Of a stretch of DNA of 64,000 nt, positions 40,331-52,132 are shown in pieces (positions within the stretch are counted from its first letter, which is position 1; the number at the start of each line of letters is the position of its first letter). The notes under the pieces were generated by a model, which did no database searches, was not told the DNA's origin, and worked only from the letters and a program-made list of their open reading frames with translations. The stretch is from the NCBI GenBank assembly GCA_052390235.1, contig JBQTHB010000005.1:384001-448000 (forward strand). Direction: 5' to 3'. Made by a program: the position numbers and the translations under genes. The stretch comes from Deltaproteobacteria bacterium. GTDB taxonomy: Bacteria; Desulfobacterota_D; UBA1144; Nemesobacterales; CSP1-2.

Positions 40331-41074
40331 CTATCCGAACGCCTGCATCACTTCGTCGGGTATGTCGAAGTTGGAATAGACATTCTGAACGTCGTCCGAA
40401 TCTTCGAGGGCTTCCATGAGCCGTAGCATCTGCTCGGCTTCCTTGCCCTCGACCCTCACGTTGTTCTGAGGGATCATCGTAACTTCGGCTGAGGTCGCTT
40501 TCATTCCCCAGGCTTCAATGGCGGATTTTACCTCTTCAAAGGCGTCCGGCATGGTGATGACGACAAACTCCCCGTCCTCTTCCTTTACGTCGTCGGCTCC
40601 GGCTTCGAGGGCTACCTCGAATAGTTTGTCCTCGTCCGTCGGGGCTTTATCGAATACAATTCTGCCCTTTTTCGCAAAAGACCACGACACGCATCCCGCC
40701 TCGCCGAGGTTGCCGCCGTGTTTGGTGAATATTCTGCGGATTTCGGATACGGTGCGGTTTCTATTGTCCGTAAGCACCTCGACAATGACGGCAGTGCCGC
40801 CGGGTCCATAGCCCTCGTAGGAGATTTCGTGAAGCTCCTCGCCGGACAACTCCCCCGTGCCGCGCTTGATTGCCCGGTCAATGGTGTCTTTAGCCATGTT
40901 CTGGCTTCTGGCGGTTGAAATGGCAATCCTAAGCCGGGGATTGATGCCGGGGTCGCCTCCCATTCTTGCGGCGATTGTAAGCTCCCTGATTAGTTTAGTG
41001 AACGCCTTGCCCCTTTTGGCGTCAACGGCGGCTTTCCTGTGTTTAATATTTGCCCATTTAGAATGACCTGACAT
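40331..41074 (-). CDS. yebC: YebC/PmpR family protein
   Basis: [29 protein letters not shown] and DDVQNVYSN motifs. Confidence 0.96.
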   Translation of the reverse strand: MSGHSKWANIKHRKAAVDAKRGKAFTKLIRELTIAARMGGDPGINPRLRIAISTARSQNMAKDTIDRAIKRGTGELSGEELHEISYEGYGPGGTAVIVEVLTDNRNRTVSEIRRIFTKHGGNLGEAGCVSWSFAKKGRIVFDKAPTDEDKLFEVALEAGADDVKEEDGEFVVITMPDAFEEVKSAIEAWGMKATSAEVTMIPQNNVRVEGKEAEQMLRLMEALEDSDDVQNVYSNFDIPDEVMQAFG

Positions 41075-41203
41075 ACGGAAATCACCCCTTGTAAAGTGTC
41101 TTTGCAATGTAGAATATCAGTTTCCCAAATAACTGTAAAGAGAGTATGGCGGAGCGGGGAAATCCACAGAATCTGCGATTATTCAGAATCTCCGCATCCC
41201 GAT

Positions 41204-42076
41204 TTAATTCACCCTCCGAACCTTGACGCTTATGGGTTGCTCTCCTGGGATTTCCGTAACTATCGTCCCCAAGGGTTTGCCGGAGTTAATTTCCCCGGCG
41301 GTAAGGGTCTTGGCGGATGGATAGATTTTTTGTCCTCGGAGCGGCTCAAAGCCGAATTCGAGAGTCGCTTCCTTGGGGAGTCCGAACACCTCGGCGGTGA
41401 TTGTCGCGGGCTTTCCCGTGCCGACATCGCCCACTTGGATGTTGTAGCCCCAGGTTTTCAGATTGGTGTTGAGGAAGCCGCCGTCCGGTTTCTTGAGGCT
41501 CACTCTGGCAAGCCCCTCGGCGTTTACGACATCCGGCGATAAATTATAGAATTTCACCGCAATTTGATTGTTCTTTAGGGCAATGACGTCTCCGGCGACG
41601 AATTTATTGCGTTTCACATCAAATATGCCGATGCGAAAACTCCCCGGCTCGGATATCTCAGTCTTTGGCAGGAGGAACGTCGCGTTAAGCTCCCCGAATA
41701 TGATTTCAGGCTCGCCCACGGGCTGGAGTTTCCCGGCCTGGGCGGGGGTTTTCTCCTTCACCCTCGATATTCGCACGCTCCCGTTTTTCCCGGAAGCTAT
41801 CAGGGCGGCGTCCCCTGAGCCGAGCGCAGGCACGATGAGTTTCTGCCATCCGTCAACTTCCGTGATTTTTATCTTCGCTTTCTTATCGAACCCCTCGCCG
41901 CGGAAGATTTTTACGGCATTCACTTTGCCGGTGTGCCAGGGGTTGATTAATATCTCCCCCGAGAGGTCGGTAAACCCCACTTCGGCGTAGAACGGTTCTG
42001 CGGCGCTTGGTAGCCCGGATGCGAGCCACCAGACCGAAAGGACTATTAAAATTGCTGAATAGTTAATTTTCCTCAT
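41204..42076 (-). CDS. Hypothetical secreted beta-rich protein
   Basis: 290-aa ORF with a signal peptide ending PSAA; GGGGG RBS; no recognised family. Confidence 0.65.
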   Translation of the reverse strand: MRKINYSAILIVLSVWWLASGLPSAAEPFYAEVGFTDLSGEILINPWHTGKVNAVKIFRGEGFDKKAKIKITEVDGWQKLIVPALGSGDAALIASGKNGSVRISRVKEKTPAQAGKLQPVGEPEIIFGELNATFLLPKTEISEPGSFRIGIFDVKRNKFVAGDVIALKNNQIAVKFYNLSPDVVNAEGLARVSLKKPDGGFLNTNLKTWGYNIQVGDVGTGKPATITAEVFGLPKEATLEFGFEPLRGQKIYPSAKTLTAGEINSGKPLGTIVTEIPGEQPISVKVRRVN

Positions 42077-42208
42077 TAATTTACGCCCCCCCTTCTCTCA
42101 TATTATCATAGCGCGAATTTCAATTCTATAAAATTTATTATAACCCTCTGAAATTGCATGATATATCCATCCTTAGTCATCGGGCGGATGAAAAATCCCT
42201 ATTGACAC

Positions 42209-42255
42209 ACACAACATATTGTGGCTAAATCGAGATAGCACACAACATATCTAGA
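42209..42255 (+). promoter_or_regulatory. Tandem NrdR boxes overlapping the nrdJ promoter
   Basis: ACACAACATATTGTGG (42209) and ACACAACATATCTAGA (42240), 31 bp apart, next to TTGACA (42202). Confidence 0.85.
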
Positions 42256-42284
42256 TTTAAATTAAAAAGGAGGTGAATTTATAG

Positions 42285-44750
42285 ATGAGTTCGCAAAAAT
42301 TTGAAACCACCGAAACCAACGGTAAGGCGCCGTCGGATGAGAAAAATTACAATCTTGACGCCAAAACTTCCGAGCGCGTCGAGGTCGTTGAGTACAGAGA
42401 AGGGCTCATGGACATCCCCGCCAGCACTATTGACTGGTTCGGAGGGGACGAGCTTCGGGCGAGGGTGTTCTACGAGAAATACGCTCTGCGCAACGAAAGG
42501 GGGCAAATCGTAGAGACGACGCCGCCCGATATGTGGCGCAGGGTCGCGCGGGAAATCGCGTCGCCTGAGAAATCCGATGCGCTGCGCCGAGAGTGGGAGG
42601 AGAATTTCTACTGGCTACTGTCGGATTTCAGATTTATCCCCGGAGGCAGAATTCTCTTCGGGGCGGGGCAGAAGAGGCGGGCGACTCTGCTTAATTGCTA
42701 CTTCATGCCGATAAAAGAGGACTCCATCGAGGCGATATTCGACTGGTGCAAGGAGGCGGCGCGAACCTACTCCTTCGGCGGCGGTGTGGGAACGGATATA
42801 TCAGTCCTGAGACCAAAGGGCGCGCCCGTGAATAATTCAGCTATCTACTCCACCGGAGCGGTCTCCTTCATGGAGCTTCTCTCGACGACTACGGGGACTA
42901 TCGGGCAGGCGGGCAGACGCGGCGCGCTTATGATAACCATCGGTGTTGACCACCCCGACGTGCTTGAGTTTATTGACATCAAGAACGACGCCGCGCGCTC
43001 AAAGGTGAAATATGCCAATGTATCCATACGCATCACGGACGAGTTTATGACCGCCGTCGAGAACGATACGGACTTTGAACTGCGCTTCAGCAACGAGAAA
43101 GTATCGGCTAAGAGGACAATCCGCGCCCGCGACCTATGGGAGAAATTGGTGAAATCCGCTTGGTCTTCCGCCGAGCCGGGGCTTATTTTCTGGGACGCGG
43201 TCAAGCGTTTTTCCCCGACTGAGTACAACGGGATGGAGATTCACGGGTTTAATCCCTGCTCCGAGCAGGCTCTCGAGGATTACGGCAACTGCTGTCTTGG
43301 CAACGTTAACCTCGCCCTGTTCATAAAAGACGCGTTCACTCCCGCCGCCTCGATAGACTGGGAGAATTTGGAGCGCGCCTTCAGGTATTCCACGCGATTC
43401 CTCGATAACGTTCTCGACTACAACGCCGAGAAGCACCCGATAGCGGCTCAGGCGGCTTCGTCTCTGCGCTCAAGGAGAATCGGGGTCGGATTCACCGGAT
43501 TCGGCGATATGCTCCTAAAACTCAACCTCAAGTACGACACCGCCGAAGCGGTTGGCTTTACGGATAAGATGTTCGAGTTTATAAAAAACATCGTCTATGA
43601 GGCGAGTTCAGACCTCGCCGCCGAAAAGGGGAGTTTCCCTGCCCTCAATTTGGATATTCACCTCGCTCGCCCCTTTCTCAAGACCGTAGAGGGGCGGATA
43701 GCGGGCAAAATCAGAAAGCAGGGACTCAGAAACGCCTGCATTTTGACAGTGCCGCCCGTTGGAAGCGGGTCAATCCTCGCGGGAACCACAAGCGGAGTTG
43801 AGCCGATATTTGCCGTATCCTACTTCAGGCGCTCGAAATCCCTCTCTCAGGGGGAGTTTAAGGTCTATCACCCGCTTGCCGGCGAATACATGACCCAATT
43901 CGGGCTTGATGACGACGCAGACCTGCCGCCGATGTTTGTAACCTCGCACGAGATAAAGCCCGAGATGCGCGTGAGGATGCAGGCGGCAATTCAGAAGCAC
44001 ATTGACTCCTGCATTTCAAGCACGGTGAACCTGCCGGCGGATATTTCCCTCGAAGATGTGGAGCAGGTCTATTTCCTAGCGTGGAAGCTCGGATGCAAGG
44101 GAATTACGGTCTATAGGGAGGGTTCGAGAGAGGGCATCCTCATCACGGAAGAGGAGGCGATGGCGAAGAGAGAGAAGCAAGAGACGGCGATAAACCATGA
44201 CGCGCCGAAGCCCAAAGCCCAATCCCGCCCCGAAGAAGCGCCGGCTCGCAGTTACACCGCTCAGACAAACGAACTGCCGGAAGTAAAGCCGATGAAGCGC
44301 CCCCCCTTCCTCACGGGGTTTACCGAGGTCATAAAGACCGGCTACGGGAATCTCTACGTTACGGTCAACACCTACGAAGGCAGGCCCTTTGAGGTGTTTG
44401 TGCAGATTGGAAAATCGGGCTACACGACGATGGCTGACGCGGAGGCGATAGGGCGGCTCGCCTCGCTTGCGCTCCGGTCTGGGATAGGGGTCAAGGACGT
44501 TGTGGAACAGCTTGAGGGAATCGGCGGGGCGTCTCCGGTGTTCTCGGAGGGGACGCTCGTTATGTCTATTCCCGATGCCATTGCGGCGGTGATGAAAAAG
44601 CATTTCGTCTCCGAGGGAGCGGAGGCTCAGAAACGGGCGAAGACAGTGGATTTGCACCTTGAGCGATGCCCCGACTGCGGGAGCCGCGCCCTTGCTTTCG
44701 AGAACGGCTGCGTTACGTGCAAGAGTTGCGGATTCTCGAAATGCGATTGA
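42285..44750 (+). CDS. nrdJ: Class II (adenosylcobalamin) ribonucleotide reductase
   Basis: LLNCY, RRGALM, NPCSEQ, TVYREGSR; C-terminal TSCPD-like region and CPDC..CKSCGFSKC; no nrdB nearby. Confidence 0.92.
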   Translation: MSSQKFETTETNGKAPSDEKNYNLDAKTSERVEVVEYREGLMDIPASTIDWFGGDELRARVFYEKYALRNERGQIVETTPPDMWRRVAREIASPEKSDALRREWEENFYWLLSDFRFIPGGRILFGAGQKRRATLLNCYFMPIKEDSIEAIFDWCKEAARTYSFGGGVGTDISVLRPKGAPVNNSAIYSTGAVSFMELLSTTTGTIGQAGRRGALMITIGVDHPDVLEFIDIKNDAARSKVKYANVSIRITDEFMTAVENDTDFELRFSNEKVSAKRTIRARDLWEKLVKSAWSSAEPGLIFWDAVKRFSPTEYNGMEIHGFNPCSEQALEDYGNCCLGNVNLALFIKDAFTPAASIDWENLERAFRYSTRFLDNVLDYNAEKHPIAAQAASSLRSRRIGVGFTGFGDMLLKLNLKYDTAEAVGFTDKMFEFIKNIVYEASSDLAAEKGSFPALNLDIHLARPFLKTVEGRIAGKIRKQGLRNACILTVPPVGSGSILAGTTSGVEPIFAVSYFRRSKSLSQGEFKVYHPLAGEYMTQFGLDDDADLPPMFVTSHEIKPEMRVRMQAAIQKHIDSCISSTVNLPADISLEDVEQVYFLAWKLGCKGITVYREGSREGILITEEEAMAKREKQETAINHDAPKPKAQSRPEEAPARSYTAQTNELPEVKPMKRPPFLTGFTEVIKTGYGNLYVTVNTYEGRPFEVFVQIGKSGYTTMADAEAIGRLASLALRSGIGVKDVVEQLEGIGGASPVFSEGTLVMSIPDAIAAVMKKHFVSEGAEAQKRAKTVDLHLERCPDCGSRALAFENGCVTCKSCGFSKCD

Positions 44751-44850
44751 GGCGGATTGCGAGGGCGTCATTGCGAGCGCACTGAGGAATCTCGCTATTA
44801 TGAAACCGGCGCGCTGCATCTGAGATTTGATTGCCTTAGCCGAAATTACC

Positions 44851-44896
44851 GAAAGCCCAATTCTCCTGAGACGACCGGGGGGATTGGGCTTTCTTG
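44851..44896 (+). terminator. Long hairpin after nrdJ
   Basis: GAAAGCCCAATTCTCC pairs with GGGGGATTGGGCTTTC. Confidence 0.6.
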
Positions 44897-45011
44897 CGGG
44901 TTGATGTACTGCGCATAAATTTTGTAGTAAATCACGCCAGTTTATTATCGGCAATTTACCCTTGCGCGCCAGATTTCGGGCAGGAAAATATATTTCCACG
45001 CATCTGCCTAA

Positions 45012-46892
<1,881 letters not shown>

Positions 46893-46982
46893 TTCTTATA
46901 AATATCGCATCAAACAGATGCCATGCCCACGAATGGCGTTATCGGGATTCGCGGCATTGTCCTAACTGTAGGGTGGGTGGGC

Positions 46983-47044
46983 TGTCATATTGAGCGGCAC
47001 TGGAATATAAATTGGAGATTCCCCGCCTGCCGCTTGAGATGATA
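46983..47044. repeat. Degenerate palindromic intergenic element
   Basis: TGTCATATTGAGCGG...CCGCTTGAGATGATA; related to 29009-29084; lies between convergent genes. Confidence 0.5.
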
Positions 47045-47083
47045 AGATACTGCCGCCGCCCCCACTTTTGATTGCCTCTGAGA

Positions 47084-48559
47084 TTAGCCCTTGTACCAGC
47101 GCGGAATTTTATCGCCGACGTAGATGTTGACGGCTTTGGTCTCAAGGTACATATCCACGCCTTCAGTGCCGAGTTCCTTGCCGATGCCGCTCTCTTTGAA
47201 GCCGCCGTACGGGGTTTCGGGGATGATTCCGCCGTAGGTGTTGACCCATAGATACCCGGCTTTCACGGCTTTTGCCACCTTGACGGCGCGCTTGATGTTC
47301 TGAGTCCATATCCCTCCGGCAAGCCCATAGACCGTATCATTTGCAAGCCTAACTGCCTCTTCGTCGGTTTTAAACGGCATAACGGCTACGATGGGCCCAA
47401 AAATCTCCTCGCGGGCGACGGTTGAGGTCGGTTTTACATCAGCCAGCACCGTAGGCTCGAAGAAATATCCCTTCGGGCAATTTGCGGGTCTGCCGCCGCC
47501 GTAAAGCGCTGTTGCCCCCTCTTCAAGTCCTTTATTGAAATACCACTTCACAGACTCGTATTGGGATTTCGAGACAACCGAGCCCATCTCGGTCTCTTCT
47601 TTCTGCGGGTCTCCGATACGAATCTTGGCGACTCGCTCGATGTAAGATGAGAGGAACTTATCGTAGATTTTCTCGTGCAGCAGAAGCCGCGTTACAGCCG
47701 TGCAGTTCTCCCCCTGATTGAAAAACCCGCCGCGCAGATTTGCCTCGACCGCCTCTTCAATATCTGCGTCGTCGAAAATTATGCAGGGCGCTTTGCCTCC
47801 AAGCTCAAGCGACACCCGCTTTATGCTGTTGGCGGCCGTTTTCATGACCCCCTTGCCTATTTCTGTTGAGCCTGTGAATGCGATTTTCGCTACGTCGGGA
47901 TGCTCTATCAGCGACTGTCCCGCAACGCTCCCTCTGCCGGGAATTACGTTGAAGACCCCGTCGGGCAGTCCCGCCTCTTGGGTGAGCTTTGCAAATTCTA
48001 ATATTCCGCACGAGGTGTCTGTTGCGGGCTTTAGCACAATGGTGCATCCGGCGGCAAGGGCGGCTCCGATTTTCCAGAATGAGAGCAGGAGGGGAAAATT
48101 CCAGGGGATGATTTGAGCGGCGACCCCAATGGGCTCTCTTAGGGTGATTGAGAGCTGGTCATCGGAAATTGACATTGTCTCGCCGTTTAGCCTCGTAGCG
48201 ATGCCGGAGTAATATTCGAGAGTTCTGACGGAGCTTCCTATCTCTACGATGCGGCTCTCTCGTATCGGTTTACCCGTCTCAAGAGTGTTTGTGAGACCGA
48301 TTTGGTCTTTGTTTCTGTCCAGGAGTTCGGCAAGGCGGAGTATGAATTTTCCCCTCTCCCGCGCCGGCACGCGAGACCACCTCTCAAAGGCAGTTTTTGC
48401 CGCCGCTACGGCATTGTTGACGTCTTGTGGCTGGGCTTCGGCAATTTCGGCGAAAGGCTCTTCGGTAGCGGGGTTCTCTCTCACGAACGTTCTGCCGCTG
48501 AGCGAAGGTCTCTCCTTGCCGTCAATGAATAAACCGTATTGTCTGAGGGGATGCGCCAT
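47084..48559 (-). CDS. NAD(P)-dependent aldehyde dehydrogenase
   Basis: PWNFP, FTGS, LELGGK, NQGENC and EEIFGP motifs. Confidence 0.95.
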   Translation of the reverse strand: MAHPLRQYGLFIDGKERPSLSGRTFVRENPATEEPFAEIAEAQPQDVNNAVAAAKTAFERWSRVPARERGKFILRLAELLDRNKDQIGLTNTLETGKPIRESRIVEIGSSVRTLEYYSGIATRLNGETMSISDDQLSITLREPIGVAAQIIPWNFPLLLSFWKIGAALAAGCTIVLKPATDTSCGILEFAKLTQEAGLPDGVFNVIPGRGSVAGQSLIEHPDVAKIAFTGSTEIGKGVMKTAANSIKRVSLELGGKAPCIIFDDADIEEAVEANLRGGFFNQGENCTAVTRLLLHEKIYDKFLSSYIERVAKIRIGDPQKEETEMGSVVSKSQYESVKWYFNKGLEEGATALYGGGRPANCPKGYFFEPTVLADVKPTSTVAREEIFGPIVAVMPFKTDEEAVRLANDTVYGLAGGIWTQNIKRAVKVAKAVKAGYLWVNTYGGIIPETPYGGFKESGIGKELGTEGVDMYLETKAVNIYVGDKIPRWYKG

Positions 48560-48661
48560 TTAGGAACTACCTCCGTTCTGTTTTGGATAATCATCGCAAA
48601 AAACGGCAGAGGTGTCAACTTGCGCAATTCAGTGTGGTTTTAGCATCAGCCGCCAGTCCAA

Positions 48662-48895
48662 TTAGCACTCGTCCGCTGCCCCAAATAGGTCAGGGGCAAG
48701 ACGTTCCTTAGCCACTTTCGCCGCCCCGGGATCAACTTCGAATCCGAGGAATCTGCGATTGCTCGACTTTGCCGCCACCTGAGCGATTCGGGAGTCGGGG
48801 CCCGCAGCTCGGATGAGTTCTTCGAGCGCTTGTCTCTGAGAGATCCCGAGCAGGCGATTCCGCCCCTAGCCTCAGGTGTCATCGGTTTTGCTCAT
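48662..48895 (-). pseudogene. Remnant of an N4/N6 DNA methyltransferase C-terminus
   Basis: Frame reads ...ALEELIRAAGPDSRI-AQVAAKSSNRRFLGFEVDPGAAKVAKERL. Two in-frame stops follow ATG 48895 and the DPFxGSGT motif is missing. Confidence 0.6.
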
Positions 48896-48949
48896 TTTTT
48901 TAATAGCGCGCTTGCTTATGGAGTGTGATTAACCGCACTAGCCGCTCTG

Positions 48950-50374
48950 TTACCCCTTGGATGAGGCTTCCTCGCCTGTATCCTCGGCGGAGTCGTCGTC
49001 ATCGTCGGCGAGTCCGAGCTTGGCTAGTCTGTAGCGGATGGAGCGGAGCGTGATTCCCAGTAGTTTCGCCGCTTCGGTTTTATTGCCTTGGGTCTGCTTG
49101 AGCGCTTTTTCTATCATTCTCTTCTCGACGCCTGCCAGAACGGTGTCGAGGCTCGCGCCGGATGAAAGCGTCATATCGAGGTCTATGGTGTCCTGTCCAT
49201 GAAGGAGCTGTGGGAGGGTCTCGTGGCGTATCACGTTCGACGTTTCAAGGACGACAGACCTCGCGATAATGTTCTCAAGCTCTCGGATGTTGCCGGGGTA
49301 GTGGTAACTTTCAAGCGCTTCGAGCGCCTTGGGAGACAGCCCCCGGACGTCCTTTCCCATGTCGTTTGAGTATTTATTGATGAAATGAATTGCGAGCGGC
49401 GAGATGTCCTCTCTCCTCTCTCGCAGCGGGGGAAGGGTAATGCGGATGACATTGAGACGGTAGAACAGGTCTTCGCGGAATTTCTTCTTTGCGACCTCTT
49501 CTTCGAGTTCTTTATTCGTTGCGGCGACGATTCTCGTATCAACCCCAATGGCTTCGGTGCTTCCTAGGGGGCGTATTGTTTTATCCTCCAGAGCCCGCAG
49601 GAGCTTCACCTGCAGATGAAGGGGCAAATCTCCTATCTCGTCCAGAAAAATCGTGCCTCCATCAGCCTCTTCAAACAGCCCTTTTTTATCCCTGAGCGCT
49701 CCGGTAAAAGCCCCCCTCCTGTAGCCGAAAAGCTCGCTTTCCATTAGCGTTTCGGGGATTGCGCCGCAGTTTACCGGCACAAACGCCCCCTTGTGGCGCG
49801 GACTGCTGTAGTGGATGGCGCGGGCGACAAGCTCCTTGCCCGTTCCACTCTCGCCGGTAACGAGAACATTTACTTTAAGCTCCGAGACCCTTTTTATAAG
49901 CTCGAACACTTTGACTATCGAGGGGCTTCTGCCGATGATGTTGCCGAAGCCGAATTTGGTTTCAAGCTCTTTTCTGAGCTTGAGATTCTCCCGCTCCAGC
50001 CTTCTTCTGTCTATCGCCTTCTTGATGATGAGTTTTATCTCGTCAATTTTGAAGGGTTTAGTGATGTAGTCGTAAGCGCCGATTTTCATGGCTTCGATGG
50101 CACTCTCGTGCGAGGCGTAGGCGGTTACCATCAGCACGGTCGTCTCAGGGGTTTTTTCGGTTATTTTCTTAAGAAGCTCGATGCCGTTCATCTTGGGCAT
50201 CTGAATGTCCAAGATCGCCAAATCAAAAATCGAGCCTGACATCTTCCCCAGAGCCTCAACCCCGTCCGGCGCAGTCTCGACGGCATAGCCCTCCCTGCGG
50301 AGCATTATCTCCATAAACTCCCTCATTCCAGGCTCGTCGTCAACGACTAAAATCCTATGCTTCTCTTCAGCCAT
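48950..50374 (-). CDS. pilR: sigma54 response regulator PilR-like
   Basis: REC domain + [14 protein letters not shown] + HTH (GITLRSIRYRL); pil cluster context. Confidence 0.85.
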   Translation of the reverse strand: MAEEKHRILVVDDEPGMREFMEIMLRREGYAVETAPDGVEALGKMSGSIFDLAILDIQMPKMNGIELLKKITEKTPETTVLMVTAYASHESAIEAMKIGAYDYITKPFKIDEIKLIIKKAIDRRRLERENLKLRKELETKFGFGNIIGRSPSIVKVFELIKRVSELKVNVLVTGESGTGKELVARAIHYSSPRHKGAFVPVNCGAIPETLMESELFGYRRGAFTGALRDKKGLFEEADGGTIFLDEIGDLPLHLQVKLLRALEDKTIRPLGSTEAIGVDTRIVAATNKELEEEVAKKKFREDLFYRLNVIRITLPPLRERREDISPLAIHFINKYSNDMGKDVRGLSPKALEALESYHYPGNIRELENIIARSVVLETSNVIRHETLPQLLHGQDTIDLDMTLSSGASLDTVLAGVEKRMIEKALKQTQGNKTEAAKLLGITLRSIRYRLAKLGLADDDDDSAEDTGEEASSKG

Positions 50375-50392
50375 ATTATTTGTGAATGACCC

Positions 50393-52024
50393 CTAATGCC
50401 CTGTATCGGGGATGAAATTCCCCATTTTTGGCAGGTTGATAATAAACGTCGTCCCCCTGCCCTTTAGAGTCTCGATATTTATAAAACCATTATAACCTTT
50501 CACTATTTTTTGCACGATAGCAAGCCCAAGCCCCGTGCCTATGTCTTTGGTGCTGAAAAATGGCTCGAAAATCTTGTGGAGAATCTCTTCGTCTATTCCG
50601 AATCCCGTGTCGGAGACCCTGACCTCCACTGCCTGCTCGCCATTCGAGAGGCAGGCGACTTTTATCTCCCCTCCGTCGGGCATAGCCTGCATCGAATTGA
50701 GCATCAGATTCCAAAGCGCCTGCTTTATCCTATAGGCGTCCGCCTCGACGTATAGCCCGTCTTCGACACTCACTTCTATTCTAAGGTTGCTCCTTCGGGC
50801 GGACATCGAAAACGCCTCTGCGGTTTCCCTCACTGTCAAGCCGATGTCTATCGGGGCGGCAGATTTCCCCTCGGGCTTTGCAAATAGTAGGAAATCCTCG
50901 ACGATGAGGTTTAGCTTCTCGACCTCCTGAGAGGTAATTCTGAGGAGTCTGGTGTTCTCGTCGGATTGGGTTACTTCGTCGCGCAGAATCTCAACCGAGC
51001 CGCTGATGGCCGAAAGAGGGTTTCGTATCTCGTGGGCGAGTCCCGCCGAGAGCTGTCCTAAAAGGGCGAGTTTCTCGGACGCTCTGAGACGGTCTTCGAG
51101 TTCTTTTACTTGGCTGAGGTCTTGGAAAATTATTATGTAGCCCTTCATGGAGTTTTGTTTGTCTCTGAGGGCTGAGGAGGAGAAGCCCAGAGTTAAATCC
51201 CCGCCGTCGGGCCTCTTGTATGAGATTTCCTCTCTTTTCTTGGATATGAGATTTATTATATCCACCCCCGGCATCAGGAAAGGGAGTCCGTGTCCTAGTA
51301 GCTTGAACTCTGTGTCAATGCCGAGAATCTGAAGCCCCATGCGGTTTGCTGAGATGATCCTGCCCTTAGTATCGAGCGTGATGACGCCGCTTGTCAGGCT
51401 GTTGAGGATATTTTCGTGAATGTTTTTGAGGGCGTCTAAGTTCTCTGTGCTTTCGAGCAGTTCCCTGCGCGCTATGTTGAATTTCTCGGACAGGTAGCCG
51501 CTCAGCATGGCTATTAGGATGAACCCCGCGAGGTTAAAATAGGTGTATTCGACTCCCCCTTGGTTTAGTCCAGACGCCGGAAGAGCGAGATTTGCCTGCG
51601 GGGCTTCGAGCGACATTTCATAGAGGATTATGAGAAAATACATGATTCCCGATGAAGCCGCCGACACATAAGCCGTGGTTTTCGAGAACCTTATGCTCGC
51701 AAATATGATGATGAGGGCGTAGAGAAACACAAATGGACTTGACCTTCCTCCCGTCACATACACGACACAGGAGGCAAAAACTATGTCAGATGCAATTTGT
51801 ATAAAATTCAGCGTATTGACTTGCCGCTTAAAAAAAAGCCCTAGCAGCAGATAGCTAAAACTCGCCGCATAGAACAGCGCGAGAACGAAGATGAGCGAGA
51901 AGAACGTGTTCCGATACCCGTTGACCCAATACGTCGTCGCCCCTCCGCCTATGAGAATGGCGGCGACGGCGAGCCTGAGCGCTAAAGACCTTCCGAACCC
52001 CGTGTTAGTCTCCACTGTATTCAT
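50393..52024 (-). CDS. pilS: Sensor histidine kinase PilS-like
   Basis: Multi-TM N-terminus (VTGG.SSPF), PAS domain, [14 protein letters not shown]; start uncertain. Confidence 0.85.
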   Translation of the reverse strand: MNTVETNTGFGRSLALRLAVAAILIGGGATTYWVNGYRNTFFSLIFVLALFYAASFSYLLLGLFFKRQVNTLNFIQIASDIVFASCVVYVTGGRSSPFVFLYALIIIFASIRFSKTTAYVSAASSGIMYFLIILYEMSLEAPQANLALPASGLNQGGVEYTYFNLAGFILIAMLSGYLSEKFNIARRELLESTENLDALKNIHENILNSLTSGVITLDTKGRIISANRMGLQILGIDTEFKLLGHGLPFLMPGVDIINLISKKREEISYKRPDGGDLTLGFSSSALRDKQNSMKGYIIIFQDLSQVKELEDRLRASEKLALLGQLSAGLAHEIRNPLSAISGSVEILRDEVTQSDENTRLLRITSQEVEKLNLIVEDFLLFAKPEGKSAAPIDIGLTVRETAEAFSMSARRSNLRIEVSVEDGLYVEADAYRIKQALWNLMLNSMQAMPDGGEIKVACLSNGEQAVEVRVSDTGFGIDEEILHKIFEPFFSTKDIGTGLGLAIVQKIVKGYNGFINIETLKGRGTTFIINLPKMGNFIPDTGH

Positions 52025-52132
52025 TTTCTGTGGCTCTTGCGTTTGGATGGATGCAATTATTGTACGTCTCGAGGAGCGAATCATCAAATCGTGCGGGATT
52101 CGAGACTCTATCTCATTCTGCGAAGCGTCGCT

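Noticed and set aside
44780..44900. CTGAG(A) motifs suggesting a TPP riboswitch
   Set aside because: The rest of the aptamer is absent; the motifs belong to a repeat remnant and the nrdJ terminator hairpin.
44914..44940. AAATTTTGTAG half-site resembling the nitrate enhancer
   Set aside because: No ACA partner at N10 and no sigma54 promoter downstream.
48646..48882. 78-aa ORF in the track
   Set aside because: No RBS or motifs; the recognisable signal is in a different frame (MTase remnant).
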